The notes under the pieces: model-generated
Databases searched by the model: none
Seen by the model: only the letters and a program-made list of their open reading frames with translations
Told to the model about the DNA's origin: nothing
Translations under genes and position numbers: made by a program
Source of the DNA: Balanoglossus misakiensis
Lineage: Eukaryota > Animalia > Hemichordata
DNA length: 64,000 bases
Direction of reading: 5' to 3'
Assembly (NCBI GenBank): GCA_040954595.2
Contig: CM082577.2
Location: forward strand, 15,259,903-15,323,902
In this document: one piece after another, positions 33,795 to 45,070 of the stretch
Layout: each line of letters starts with the position of its first letter
How positions within the stretch are numbered: the stretch's first letter is position 1

Positions 33795-34308
33795 GCGACG
33801 TTTGTAAAAAGTTTACAGTGCGAACAAGAGATACACCTTCTCGCAGGAAACGAAAACTAGCACCATAGGCGACGTTTGTAAAAAGTTTACAGTGCGAACA
33901 AGAGATACACCTTCTCGCAGGAAACGAAAACTAGCACCATAGGCGACGTTTGTAAAAAGTTTACAGTGCGAACAAGAGATACACCTTCTCGCAGGAAACG
34001 AAAACTAGCACCATAGGCGACGTTTGTAAAAAGTTTACAGTGCGAACAAGAGATACACCTTCTCGCAGGAAACGAAAACTAGCACCATAGGCGACGTTTG
34101 TAAAAAGTTTACAGTGCGAACAAGAGATACACCTTCTCGCAGGAAACGAAAACTAGCACCATAGGCGACGTTTGTAAAAAGTTTACAGTGCGAACAAGAG
34201 ATACACCTTCTCGCAGGAAACGAAAACTAGCACCATAGGCGACGTTTGTAAAAAGTTTACAGTGCGAACAAGAGATACACCTTCTCGCAGGAAACGAAAA
34301 CTAGCACC
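33717..34308 (+). repeat. Perfect tandem repeat, 8 x 74 bp, of the primase 3' end
   Basis: ATAGGCGACG at 33717, 33791, 33865, 33939, 34013, 34087, 34161, 34235; no spacers. Confidence 0.95.
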
Positions 34309-34318
34309 ATATATATAT

Positions 34319-34915
34319 ATGGACAGCTTAACAATCGCACTGAGACAAGCCTTAGTAGATTTAATATGTGAACTGGCTGACGAAGATGAAAAATCTTTAA
34401 TACGCCAAAAACTGGGGGCGGGTCACATAACCACGCCATGTACTCGTCGCCTGCGCGCATTTTATGTCAATCACTTTTCCAGGATACATACTGACATGAT
34501 AAAAATGACTGTCAGAGACACCGTCCTCGCTTTCTCTAGTCAAGACGACGACGAGATTATTGGTCACATAGTGTATACACGAAAATTGGTTACAGGTAAA
34601 GTCAAGAGTACCGCGGCGGCTATAGTATGTTCAATTTGTAATAGCAACGACACAGTGGTCTTGTACCTGAACGTCCATCAGGCTGTCGCGTTCCTATATA
34701 TTGCTCATGTGTGTTTGTGGTTTCATCGTCTGGCTTGCATTCATCCTACGTGGAATCACCATAGGGTCGAGGGGCTAGTTACTGCGTTTGTAAGCGATTT
34801 ACTGCAACATGGAACTACATCGAAAACACCGCTTGGAAATATCGCCGGATACGTGTGCATGGTCGCGTCGTTCACCGCTGTATGTGTCTTGTTGAGATGG
34901 AAATTTTATAGATAA
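34319..34915 (+). CDS. Tail-anchored helical protein, possibly Bcl-2-like
   Basis: ATG 34319 within ORF 34262..34915; C-terminal TM IAGYVCMVASFTAVCVLL followed by RWKFYR; weak BH3-like LRAFYVNHFSR and BH1-like NVHQAVAFL. Confidence 0.5.
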   Translation: MDSLTIALRQALVDLICELADEDEKSLIRQKLGAGHITTPCTRRLRAFYVNHFSRIHTDMIKMTVRDTVLAFSSQDDDEIIGHIVYTRKLVTGKVKSTAAAIVCSICNSNDTVVLYLNVHQAVAFLYIAHVCLWFHRLACIHPTWNHHRVEGLVTAFVSDLLQHGTTSKTPLGNIAGYVCMVASFTAVCVLLRWKFYR

Positions 34916-34937
34916 CTTGGTAAAATATGAGTCTTAC

Positions 34938-35199
34938 CACAGGGATTTATTCAGGGAACTCTGCCTACCGCCTGACCTTCTACCTTGCTATACTTGTCTA
35001 GTAAGGCAAGTAGGCGGTCAGCTGGAGGGGTCAGGCGGTAGGAAGAGTTCACCAAAAGAGGGCGCATTTTATCATCCAGTGTTTATAATGTGTTGTGTAT
35101 GAGCAGAGAAGCCTCAGACAGAAGAGTTGACCGACAACAAATTTATTCAGTTTATATCATATAATTCTTACTTAAACGTTCCCTGAATAAATCCCTGTG
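34938..35199. mobile_element. MITE with CA..TG ends and 7-bp TSD (P-element-like)
   Basis: TIR CACAGGGATTTATTCAGGGAAC / GTTCCCTGAATAAATCCCTGTG; TSD GTCTTAC at 34931-37 and 35200-06; internal inverted repeat ~34956-35050. Confidence 0.8.
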
Positions 35200-35378
35200 G
35201 TCTTACTCTGTCACAACTAGAAATAAATAAAATCATGTACTGAACATCATTCTCATAGCGTTTCAGTTAATTTGATATGAATCGAATATAAGCGAGGGTC
35301 ACAATAGGAATGTGCTACATATTTTATTAGTACACAATATGCAACATTAATTCAAGAACGGTACTCTTCAGTGAATAT

Positions 35379-37976
35379 TCACGTTACAATTAAATATCTA
35401 GTTCTCACTACTCGGCTTAGTATTGACGACTTATCCGCACTCCATTCCCCGTCAGACATATTAAAATTCAAGTTAGCATATTTTGGTTCAAAATGAACAC
35501 AATCGGGGGGTGTCCAATGCAGACAGGAATATACATATTCCATCATACTCGGTGCACAACCTAGCATACAATGTAAAATGTCACTACTGGGTCTTAAACC
35601 AGATACCATTACTTGATTCCCACCCTGTGTCATTTCATATACAGTTCCTATAACTTTTAATGACTGGACAGACCATAAGGGCAACTCTGTTATGTGATGG
35701 TTGTTGGATTTCAGAACAACCTGTAGAGTCCCGTTGACCACGGACACAGACGATGATACGAACGAGTCGACAATAGTCTCTATGGTACACATATCTGTGC
35801 TTGCTGATTCTGTTAGCGTGGTTGGGGTTGTAGGAACTACAGGGGAATATGTTGGTATTTGTTGGGAACATTGATCATTTGTGAGACCAAAGGTACGGAA
35901 GGTATTCGAACCACATATAAGCTGTTGACTTGAACAATCACAATTACACCTTGTCACTGTACAATTATAGAGCGTTCCTCCCCAAAAAGTTGTGCATAGG
36001 TGGAAATATGCGCAATACTCTCGGGGAGTTGTAGTCGACGCGCATGCGCATTTATACGTGGATGGTTGGCATACAGGGACTTCATGTATAAACCGGTTAT
36101 CCCATTGCACACATTCGCGATCCGGAAGTTGTTGAGTATCGCTACAACGTCCAACTTCCATGTCGTAGATCAAACACTCTGGTGCATCTGGTGTTGTGCA
36201 GTTCATTGACATAGTAGCTGTGCCCACATCCTTACAGTCTAATACGGGGTCACGGCTATCTGCGCAATCGCATTCGCAAAGGTAGCTCCGACACGCTATG
36301 TTCCAATCATTGGTTCTGTTTGACACGCGGTTACAGTTGTTTCTTAACAAACAGTGACTAGTTTCGTTACAAGGGCACTTGTGGTTGTTAGAACATAGCG
36401 GATATGTGTGGAACGTTGTTTCACGAAACCACGATTGACAAGGTGTGGATGCAACGTGTATGTCGCAAGAATCACCGGTCAAGCGACGATCATTACATAT
36501 GCAACCACTAAAAATGTCATCTTCTTCATTACGGCGTGTAACACTTCGTCCTTCTCCGTGCCATTTAGTGAAAGGGTGTGGAGGCGGACACATACGGCCC
36601 GAAACGCGATATTGACGCCTCGCACCCAATATCTCATCATCCACGGCCGGGTGACATAAGGGTAGTATTTTGGGATCATTTGTACACGTTAATTTACGCG
36701 TAATACAATCACACGCGCACGGGACAAAGGTACAATATCTATCGCCATTCCTATTGAGTAATTGTGAGCAGATAATTTCCATGTGGCAAGTTTCAGAGGC
36801 CACACCTTTTGTTCTGCAGGCACACATATGATTAGAATTCATTTTACAAACTATATCATCCTGAACATTTCCATCGATGCAACTAAATTTGCACCGTTTT
36901 GCTTGTGTGTCCCACGTGCTTAAGTCGCAGACGGGCTCAATATCGGCCATACACCGGGTACTGATCACGCCTCTCCCGTAGACTTCTGTTTGGGTAGTAC
37001 ACTCTTTAGTCTGGCAGTCGCAGTGGCATAACTCCGCGCTGCAACTGATGACCCTCCCTCTCCAATGAGACACACATTTATTGAGATATCTACAAGTCTG
37101 TAAAACGACAGTGGCATTGTCACACCGACAAGGTACATCAGATAACGGGCACTTTTGTCCACGCCTGTCGGGCCATGCATGGGTACCTGGAGAGGCTGTT
37201 TTGCAGTAAGTTCGTTGATTTTGACAATTACATTTACATGAGTAGCTATCGCATTGCCTAGACCCGTTAACCATGGAACACCTCTGTGTTGGTCTATTAC
37301 ACAACACCTGATGTGGGGGTGCAGCAGTCCCGCACGTGCATTGACTGCTGGTCGACCGACAATATGAGTCTTGCAGGTAATCTATATCCCAATTCACGCA
37401 TGGTGGGCTGTTTGTAAGTGCGTCTTGTTGTTCACAATTATCATCATCTACATTGTATATCACACACTTTTTCGTAGTTTGGCAAGCGGATGTCATAAAG
37501 CCGGTTTCTGTCTTTGTACAATACAATAAAGGATATTGCAATTGTGTACAAGCACATCTGCATTCGAACATCTCACACTGAACGGACCACGCTGCACCTC
37601 TATCTACATAACGACAATTCAATCGCAATAAACACCTATCGCTACTACCGCATGGACAGTGATCATCGTTGGTACACAGCGGGTACCTGTATACTTTTAC
37701 CGTATTGTGCCACCTTTGGCAATGTGGTGATGGAAGATAGACATCGCAATAATCTCCTACTACGTATGGTTTGTCGCATAAACATCCAGCGAACGTCAGA
37801 TCATGAGAATTAACCATCGTAGCTATGCCTCTCCCGCCTTCCTCACCCCAACCGTGTACGTTGAGAGTTTGTTGGCAGGATATATCAAATGGTAAATGAA
37901 ATTTTATCGTATTAGCTACGGACAATGTTAATAGGTGAAAGAATACAGTAATTGTTTTAACCAGTGTGACAGTCAT
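35379..37976 (-). CDS. Secreted cysteine-rich protein with large internal duplication
   Basis: 865 aa; signal peptide; two copies of GC.C....GD.CD....C..W...YPLC....CPC...CLLR.NC; Thr-rich linker; no TM. Confidence 0.8.
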   Translation of the reverse strand: MTVTLVKTITVFFHLLTLSVANTIKFHLPFDISCQQTLNVHGWGEEGGRGIATMVNSHDLTFAGCLCDKPYVVGDYCDVYLPSPHCQRWHNTVKVYRYPLCTNDDHCPCGSSDRCLLRLNCRYVDRGAAWSVQCEMFECRCACTQLQYPLLYCTKTETGFMTSACQTTKKCVIYNVDDDNCEQQDALTNSPPCVNWDIDYLQDSYCRSTSSQCTCGTAAPPHQVLCNRPTQRCSMVNGSRQCDSYSCKCNCQNQRTYCKTASPGTHAWPDRRGQKCPLSDVPCRCDNATVVLQTCRYLNKCVSHWRGRVISCSAELCHCDCQTKECTTQTEVYGRGVISTRCMADIEPVCDLSTWDTQAKRCKFSCIDGNVQDDIVCKMNSNHMCACRTKGVASETCHMEIICSQLLNRNGDRYCTFVPCACDCITRKLTCTNDPKILPLCHPAVDDEILGARRQYRVSGRMCPPPHPFTKWHGEGRSVTRRNEEDDIFSGCICNDRRLTGDSCDIHVASTPCQSWFRETTFHTYPLCSNNHKCPCNETSHCLLRNNCNRVSNRTNDWNIACRSYLCECDCADSRDPVLDCKDVGTATMSMNCTTPDAPECLIYDMEVGRCSDTQQLPDRECVQWDNRFIHEVPVCQPSTYKCACASTTTPREYCAYFHLCTTFWGGTLYNCTVTRCNCDCSSQQLICGSNTFRTFGLTNDQCSQQIPTYSPVVPTTPTTLTESASTDMCTIETIVDSFVSSSVSVVNGTLQVVLKSNNHHITELPLWSVQSLKVIGTVYEMTQGGNQVMVSGLRPSSDILHCMLGCAPSMMEYVYSCLHWTPPDCVHFEPKYANLNFNMSDGEWSADKSSILSRVVRTRYLIVT

Positions 37977-38237
37977 TGCTCACGGCCACCAACTGACTAG
38001 TTATTATATTAATACATGAAGTTACTTTGACATGACGTTTGTATTTGGAGAAGAGTTGACACAACGACAGTGAGAATCAAATTGCGCACACACGGGTTAC
38101 GTGTGTTAGCCTGGATATCACGATCATACACCAGATTCAACTGAGTCAAACTATAACCGCTTCATAAATATAGAGCGGGAATTCTTTGAGTCGCATATAT
38201 GGCTACATCTAGGTGATTGGATAATTTGTCTACGTAA

Positions 38238-39032
38238 GGCTGCATTCACAAACACCTCTGGAGGGGGGGACAGGAGAATTGAGGGGGGGGATTTGAAAAA
38301 ATTAAGGGTATGTAAGGGGAGGGGGATTTGAAATAATTTAGGGACTGAAAGGGGGGGGGACTTGAACACTTTGACGACTAAATATTTATTTTGAGTCCAC
38401 AAAAATGCAGTTTCGCGCCCTTTATTTTACAAAATTTTCTAATGTGGGAGGGGGAAACCTCCTGCCACACCCACCCCCTCAATTCATCAACACCTTTCAA
38501 TCATTGACTGGTTTATCTAGTGACCCAGGTCAGGGGATTTGCACCCACCCCATGATAACTTTGCTCGGCGACGGTTAAATTTGTCCTCCCCAACAAACCG
38601 GTAGTTGAGTTAATTTGCTTTTGCCGGGTTCCTTAAAATGCAGCTTTGAGCTCTGTATTTTATAAAATTTTCTTACGTGGGAGGGGGACACCCCCTCCCA
38701 AACCCACCCCCTTCAATTCTCGGTTTACAATGTCTCCCAACACAGAATACAAATACTTAAAAAATAAAAACAATGTTCAGTGAGGGGGTACATCAGTTTC
38801 AAATTCTTTTCATGGGAGCGCTGTTTTTCTTTTTTTTACAAGATAGGTGATGTGTTTTGCTCTGTGAAAGAAAATGGGGGGGGGGGGATTCAAAATTTTG
38901 GTAGTTCGGAAGGGGGGGGATTTGGAAATATTTCGGCTGTGTACGGGAGGCATGTGAAAATTAGCGGTAAAAAAAATTGAATTCTCCCGCCCCGCCCCCC
39001 CCCCCCCTCCAGAGGTGTTTGTGAATGCAACC
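38238..39032. mobile_element. PIF/Harbinger-type MITE, TAA TSD
   Basis: TIR GG(C/T)TGCATTCACAAACACCTCTGGAGGGGGG at both ends; TAA at 38235-37 and 39033-35; poly-G/C-rich non-coding interior. Confidence 0.85.
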
Positions 39033-39515
39033 TAAGGGTATTTCGCAAAACATCCCGTAGGCTGTGGTTTGGATTTGAATAATCATGGTTGACGGTATAG
39101 ATTGACTTTTACAAACGGGGTCAAACGGCCATTATGGCACAACGCTTTCGAGAAAATTGCGTCCCCTTACTAACTGTAAGATTTTTCAATGTATTCCCCG
39201 CATACAAGTACTCGCTATATATTCATGGATATCATATGTGAGATTGTATGGCAATGAAAGCCATAAATCCAGTGAATTTATCGAGACACACAATACGCCT
39301 TGCCAGTAGACTGACTTTTTCACATTTGCATAATCTTACCATAATGCGCCTTAGAATGGGCAGGTTGCGTGACGAAGTTCTAATGTTGTACCAGGTTTTG
39401 GGGATCCATACGCGTTCTCTCGCGCCAACAACACCCCGATCAAATCTCCGTAATAATATTAACGTGATTCACAGGGTCTCTACTTAAACAGCTCTATGTG
39501 CTTGGTAAACATATA

Positions 39516-40193
39516 ATGTTTTCGCAGTCAGGAGTTATTGTCACATTTGTCACTTTAATATTGTATGTTTTGATGACACACGGTGACCCGGCATCTAAGC
39601 GACATTCCTACTGTTTGAAATTCAACGCTCTACCTGGAGTAAGCTTAACAGAGGCGAGGGAAATAATTCCAGGGGCATTATACCAAGCATGGCCAGGTCA
39701 CGAATTTAGAGAAAACTGTTCAGATCCGAGACGGATCACAATTCATTCAAGAAACAAATTGTATAAAATCAAACACAACGGATTACGGGGTCGGTTTAGC
39801 GACCTAGCTATTGCACATGCATGGACAGAAGCCAAAACGATAGTTTTAAATCGGAAGGATCTATATGGGTTTAAGACAAGGATCTCGGTCGTCGACAGGT
39901 CTGACCGTTACGCGGATTGGTGTTTTATCTCCAACAATACAGAATCATTGTACAGCGCGTGTTCGCTTTGTTTGCATCGCCTGAATTTCACTTCCGTTGG
40001 GGCAAAATGTAAGGCAATTGTGATTGACGTCGGTTTCATTATAGCGCACGAAATAGGACATGTTATCGGCCACGATCATGAAGAAACGGGAGTGATGAGG
40101 CGATTCTTACGGAGTCCCCTAGAACCAATAGCAACAGAAATATCTGATTTATACCCTAGAATAAACGCACAATTGACACGCCCTCTAGGGTGA
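39516..40193 (+). CDS. Secreted metzincin (matrixin/M10-like) zinc metalloprotease
   Basis: Signal peptide; IAHAW; HEIGHVIGHDH zinc motif; Met-turn GVM. Confidence 0.85.
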   Translation: MFSQSGVIVTFVTLILYVLMTHGDPASKRHSYCLKFNALPGVSLTEAREIIPGALYQAWPGHEFRENCSDPRRITIHSRNKLYKIKHNGLRGRFSDLAIAHAWTEAKTIVLNRKDLYGFKTRISVVDRSDRYADWCFISNNTESLYSACSLCLHRLNFTSVGAKCKAIVIDVGFIIAHEIGHVIGHDHEETGVMRRFLRSPLEPIATEISDLYPRINAQLTRPLG

Positions 40194-40300
40194 CGTATGC
40201 TGATTCCTAGGCTGTGTTCGTGTTAAGTGTGGGATGACGCATGCGTACGTGATTCACCCTGACGGCCACGATCACGCCAATTGAGTGACTACATTCTCCT

Positions 40301-42052
40301 TGTCTGCTGACGAGACGCATGCGAACGTGGGTACCCCACGACTGAGATTGACGACCTTGTACTACATGCAAAGTCCGTTAATGTCTTTGTATGACAGGCA
40401 TGGTGTCTGCGCGAATGCATTACATACACAGGCTTTCGTAACCTGACGTTGGTGGCGTTCCACATTCTCCTCGCTTTCCAAAAGGGTAGTAGATACAAGA
40501 AAATGCCTTGATGGCATGACATATTATTGTATTTCTATTTTGGATTTAAAGGGCCAATCGGCAATATATACATACTGAATAAACATATTCATTCATTCAT
40601 TCATTCATTCGTTCATTCCCCACGATGTAGATTGGATTGTAGGAGACGACCTTGTCAACAAATCCCACGGGGGTTTACTACCTACAACGTTCATGCATGC
40701 ATGTGTCTGCTGACGAGACGCATGCGAACGTGGGTACCCCACGACTGAGATTGACGACCTTGTATAAGTCCGTGAATGTCTTGTACTATGACAGGCATGG
40801 TGTCTGCGCGAATGCATTACATACACAGGCTTTCGTAACCCGACGTTGGTGGCGTTCCACATTCTCCTCGCTTTCCAAAAGGGTAGTAGGTACAAGAAAA
40901 TGCCTTGATGGCATGACATATTATTGTATTTCTATTTTGGATTTAAAGGGCCAATCGGCAATATATACATACTGAATAAACATATTCATTCATTCATTCA
41001 TTCATTCGTTCATTCCCCACGATGTAGATTGGATTGTAGGAGACGACCTTGTCAACAAATCCCACGGGGGTTTACTACCTACAACGTTCATGCATGCATG
41101 TGTCTGCTGACGAGACGCATGCGAACGTGGGTACCCCACGACTGAGATTGACGACCTTGTACTACATGCAAAGTCCGTGAATGTCTTTGTATGACAGGCA
41201 TGGTGTCTGCGCGAATGCATTACATACACAGGCTTTCGTAACCCGACGTTGGTGGCGTTCCACATTCTCCTCGCTTTCCAAAAGGGTAGTAGGTACAAGA
41301 AAATGCCTTGATGGCATGACATATTATTGTATTTCTATTTTGGATTTAAAGGGCCAATCGGCAATATATACATACTGAATAAACATATTCATTCATTCAT
41401 TCATTCATTCGTTCATTCCCCACGATGTAGATTGGATTGTAGGAGACGACCTTGTCCACAAATCCCACGGGGGTTTACTACCTACAACGTTCATGCATGC
41501 ATGTGTCTGCTGACGAGACGCATGCGAACGTGGGTACCCCACGACTGAGATTGACGACCTTGTATAATTCCGTGAATGTCTTGTACTATGATAGGCATGG
41601 TGTCTGCGCGAATGCATTACATACACAGGCTTTCGTAACCCGACGTTGGTGGCGTTCCACATTCTCCTCGCTTTCCAAAAGGGTAGTAGATACAAGAAAA
41701 TGCCTTGATGGCATGACATATTATTGTATTTCTATTTTGGATTTAAAGGGCCAATCGGCAATATATACATACTGAATAAACATATTCATTCATTCATTCA
41801 TTCATTCGTTCATTCCCCACGATGTAGATTGGATTGTAGGAAACGACCTTGTCAACAAATCCCACGGGGGTTTACTACCTACAACGTTCATGCATGCATG
41901 TGTCTGCTGACGAGACGCATGCGAACGTGGGTACCCCACGACTGAGATTGACGACCTTGTATAAGTCCGTGAATGTCTTGTACTATGATAGGCATGGTGT
42001 CTGCGCGAATGCATTACATACACAGGCTTTCGTAACCCGACGTTGGTGGCGT
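40301..42052. repeat. Tandem array, ~4.4 units of 403/397 bp (variants A-B-A-B-B)
   Basis: TGTCTGCTGACGAGACG at 40301, 40704, 41101, 41504, 41901; each full unit has GGCCAATC, AATAAA and (CATT)n. Confidence 0.95.
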
Positions 42053-42118
42053 CAACATTTTTGTATGTATGGCAATAACCATCCGCCAGCCCATTCAAAC
42101 CATTTAAACTGTATAACC

Positions 42119-44164
42119 ATGACACATCGTCCGGTCGTGATCTGCACACATGGCACTCAAGAGTTATACTCGGTCGGGTTTGATGAACTCGACCAAAAAT
42201 TACCCTTCCTCGGTGGCTATGTCAGGTATAACGACGCTGATCGGACCAATAGACGTGGAGGTAATGACAATTACATTTTGGATCTTCATACGCTAGATTT
42301 AAATATCCCGGTGGAAATATGGAAACTGTTATTCTTTTACGTGCAACACGAACACATCCCACAAGACGGATGGGTGAACGTTACCAATATATTGGAAATC
42401 ACTCGTGTAGCGGACATGCTGTTAGTGCCTGGATTCATGCAAGAACTAACGAAAGTTATTTTGATGTCTAATGACCGCGATTCTCGCATAGATTGCTTTG
42501 CCTGTGATACGCCTGTGCACGTGAAAGCTGGACTAGAGTATTTCAAGTTCCTCGTGGAAAATTTCGGCGACAGTACACCTGTATATTCGGATTTGACAGA
42601 CGCAGTTGCGTGCACTCTGGCAGCAAAGACCATTTGGATATGGCATCATCACGTGGGCGACATTTGGGAGAAAGAACACGTGAACCGATTTGCTAAGCGA
42701 CGCAAGAGTTATTTTGATATAGAACGTCATGTTTTCTATACAGTGTTGGCCTGGTTGCGAATTCGCCAAACGGACCTGTCTTCGAGACTGGACCTTCTTA
42801 TCGGATTGCCTAACACAACCGCCGTATTAGAAACCGAAATTATTACGAAGATTATGGAAGAAATTTTCAGTAATCGTGCCCAAGGTCAGGAGTGGTGGTC
42901 TAGAAGAAAGAAGACGCCGCTTCCCGTTCATCTTCACGACACTTCATTCAGGCAAGAGATAACAAACATGAGAAGAGAAAATCCAGCTGATATGACATAT
43001 GTAAAAACTTCCACGTTACAATTGTCGTGCAACGAACTTACAATCTTAAACGATTTTACAGGCAACTTTCGTAAGTTTACTATAGTAAATGAACCCGAAC
43101 AAGATGGACGCGACACAGTTGAATACCTGCAGTACCTTTACGATCTTCTGGTTTCTGACGACGACCGGTTTTTGTATTCATTTGACACGCGCAAGGGCAG
43201 AATTATATTTCGAGCAATCGACATAGGTGGAATCTCCGACCGCGATACGGCTGGTACGTCAGAAGGTGTCCCGAGAATTGGGTGGGACTTGGTCGTGGGT
43301 TGCTCTAAGCCATTCCAGCCCCAGCTTGGGGGTGAGGGGATCGTTCAAGCAGTAAAAGTCGCGAACACGTTTTTTGTTAATTTTGGGATGACGCAATTGT
43401 ACGTGTTTCACAATGATGGATATTGGTTGGTATACGACGACCCTGGTCAAGTATCCCACGTTGAAAAAATGCCGTACCTGACGCTGAAAAGCGCCCCCGG
43501 GAATACGACACGCGCGGTCAGTTATTGCGTCCGCAGAGAAGGTGAAAACAGTTTGATAATATACGCAATCGCTCGGAATAAAGAAATGTTCAGGATGCGG
43601 GTTGCGAAGGATCTGTTTCAACAAAAACTCCAAACAAGCCTAGTAACCGGAGATGACTCTGCAGAGGTATACCTTCCAATGACATATCCCGACCTGGGGT
43701 TCTGTACCAAAGAATTACCAAGTATATTCGATGTCCCCCATGTCGGGCTTGTTGTGGTGGGTGGGTTTTCATTAACTCACGACCAAGATTGGGATATGCT
43801 CGACTACCCACCCCCTTGCGTTAAATTGGAATGTCACATTTTACATTCTGAGAACGAAACTACCGCCGAGGTTAGTTGCAAATGGGTGAAAAAAGTGTAT
43901 GTGAGTAGGCCTACGTCCGACGCCAGCCTACCGACTTGCGTACCAATATTGTGTTATGGTCCCGACAGATCGTTAAAGGGGTACGCCAGCCGTGGACAAA
44001 TCACCTTATTTTCTGGAGACCGTAAATGTGCATTTACAAGGCGTGTGTTCAACTGTTATGTCATAATATTGGATTTGGTCAACGACACATTAACGCTGCA
44101 AAGACGAACCGGATTGCAAGAATACCTGCCCGACACGGATGCACTGATACACGGCCAATGTTAG
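42119..44164 (+). CDS. BTB-BACK protein with putative beta-propeller (Kelch-like) C-terminus
   Basis: ORF 41849..44164 starts inside the repeat; likely ATG 42119. IPVEIWKLLFFYV, NVTNILEITRVADML (BTB), IERHVFYTVLAWL (BACK), beta-rich tail with LVVVGGF. Confidence 0.7.
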   Translation: MTHRPVVICTHGTQELYSVGFDELDQKLPFLGGYVRYNDADRTNRRGGNDNYILDLHTLDLNIPVEIWKLLFFYVQHEHIPQDGWVNVTNILEITRVADMLLVPGFMQELTKVILMSNDRDSRIDCFACDTPVHVKAGLEYFKFLVENFGDSTPVYSDLTDAVACTLAAKTIWIWHHHVGDIWEKEHVNRFAKRRKSYFDIERHVFYTVLAWLRIRQTDLSSRLDLLIGLPNTTAVLETEIITKIMEEIFSNRAQGQEWWSRRKKTPLPVHLHDTSFRQEITNMRRENPADMTYVKTSTLQLSCNELTILNDFTGNFRKFTIVNEPEQDGRDTVEYLQYLYDLLVSDDDRFLYSFDTRKGRIIFRAIDIGGISDRDTAGTSEGVPRIGWDLVVGCSKPFQPQLGGEGIVQAVKVANTFFVNFGMTQLYVFHNDGYWLVYDDPGQVSHVEKMPYLTLKSAPGNTTRAVSYCVRREGENSLIIYAIARNKEMFRMRVAKDLFQQKLQTSLVTGDDSAEVYLPMTYPDLGFCTKELPSIFDVPHVGLVVVGGFSLTHDQDWDMLDYPPPCVKLECHILHSENETTAEVSCKWVKKVYVSRPTSDASLPTCVPILCYGPDRSLKGYASRGQITLFSGDRKCAFTRRVFNCYVIILDLVNDTLTLQRRTGLQEYLPDTDALIHGQC

Positions 44165-45070
44165 GCTTTACTCCTGCGAACGAACCAAACCCACATTAAC
44201 GTGTTAAAGTGAAATGCAAATGGCAGAAAACAACATTCGCGAGCGAAATAATAACGAAAAAAATACCACGATGTACCGGCTTTTGCACAGGCCCGATTTT
44301 CGCCCGATTTTCTAAACGTATATGACACAGAAGGGATTATTTTTTATTAAATTGTTGTTTGGACCAACTCCTCAATGTTTTTATTTGTTGTAATGTCACT
44401 ATACATTCGTGTAATGTGAATAAATGTTCCTTTTCAAACCATAACCGTTCATGTCCCGTCGCAGTGAATGAATGAATGAACGAACGAATGATGAATGACG
44501 GAAGGAATTAATGAATGAAGGACAGAATTAATGAATGAATTTGAAGGCTGCGCCAGCAAACTGGACATAGGAGATGGCGCGTGTCATCCTTTAAACTGAG
44601 AGAGCCTGTTAGTCGTAATCAGGGAGTGTGATAAGTATAAGTATAAGTGGCCGTTAGAGGGCGCGTATTCGAACAACCATGTCATGTCGCTGCAATGAAT
44701 TTGAAGGCTGCACCAGCAAACTGGACATAGGGAAGTACGCTTTATCGTTCACAAGTGTATAATTGTACATGTGAATGTCAGCGGGCACTTTGTCTACAAG
44801 GCATATCGTGTGTAAGTACTCGTTTCATGCAGGCGCATATTTGGACATTTGACCGTTAAAGGGTGTGATAGTTATAAAAATCATTCGGGTATAAGTACGG
44901 TAATACGCGTGTCATGCGTGGGTTTTCGGTCAGCGGAAAAGGATACGTCATGTTTGTGGACCTACATTTAACAAACATACAGACAAGAACGTGTTTTTTC
45001 CAACATATGTCTTTATTACCAGAGAATGAGCGAGACACAACGGGATTTCTCGACATTTATAACGCCTTAA

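Noticed and set aside
33717-34308. CRISPR-like regular array
   Set aside because: Units are identical head-to-tail with no unique spacers, no cas genes, and the context is eukaryotic-viral.
40289-42149. Many 65-115 aa ORFs and the first 90 aa of ORF 41849
   Set aside because: They are translations of the 400-bp tandem repeat; the BTB protein plausibly starts at 42119.
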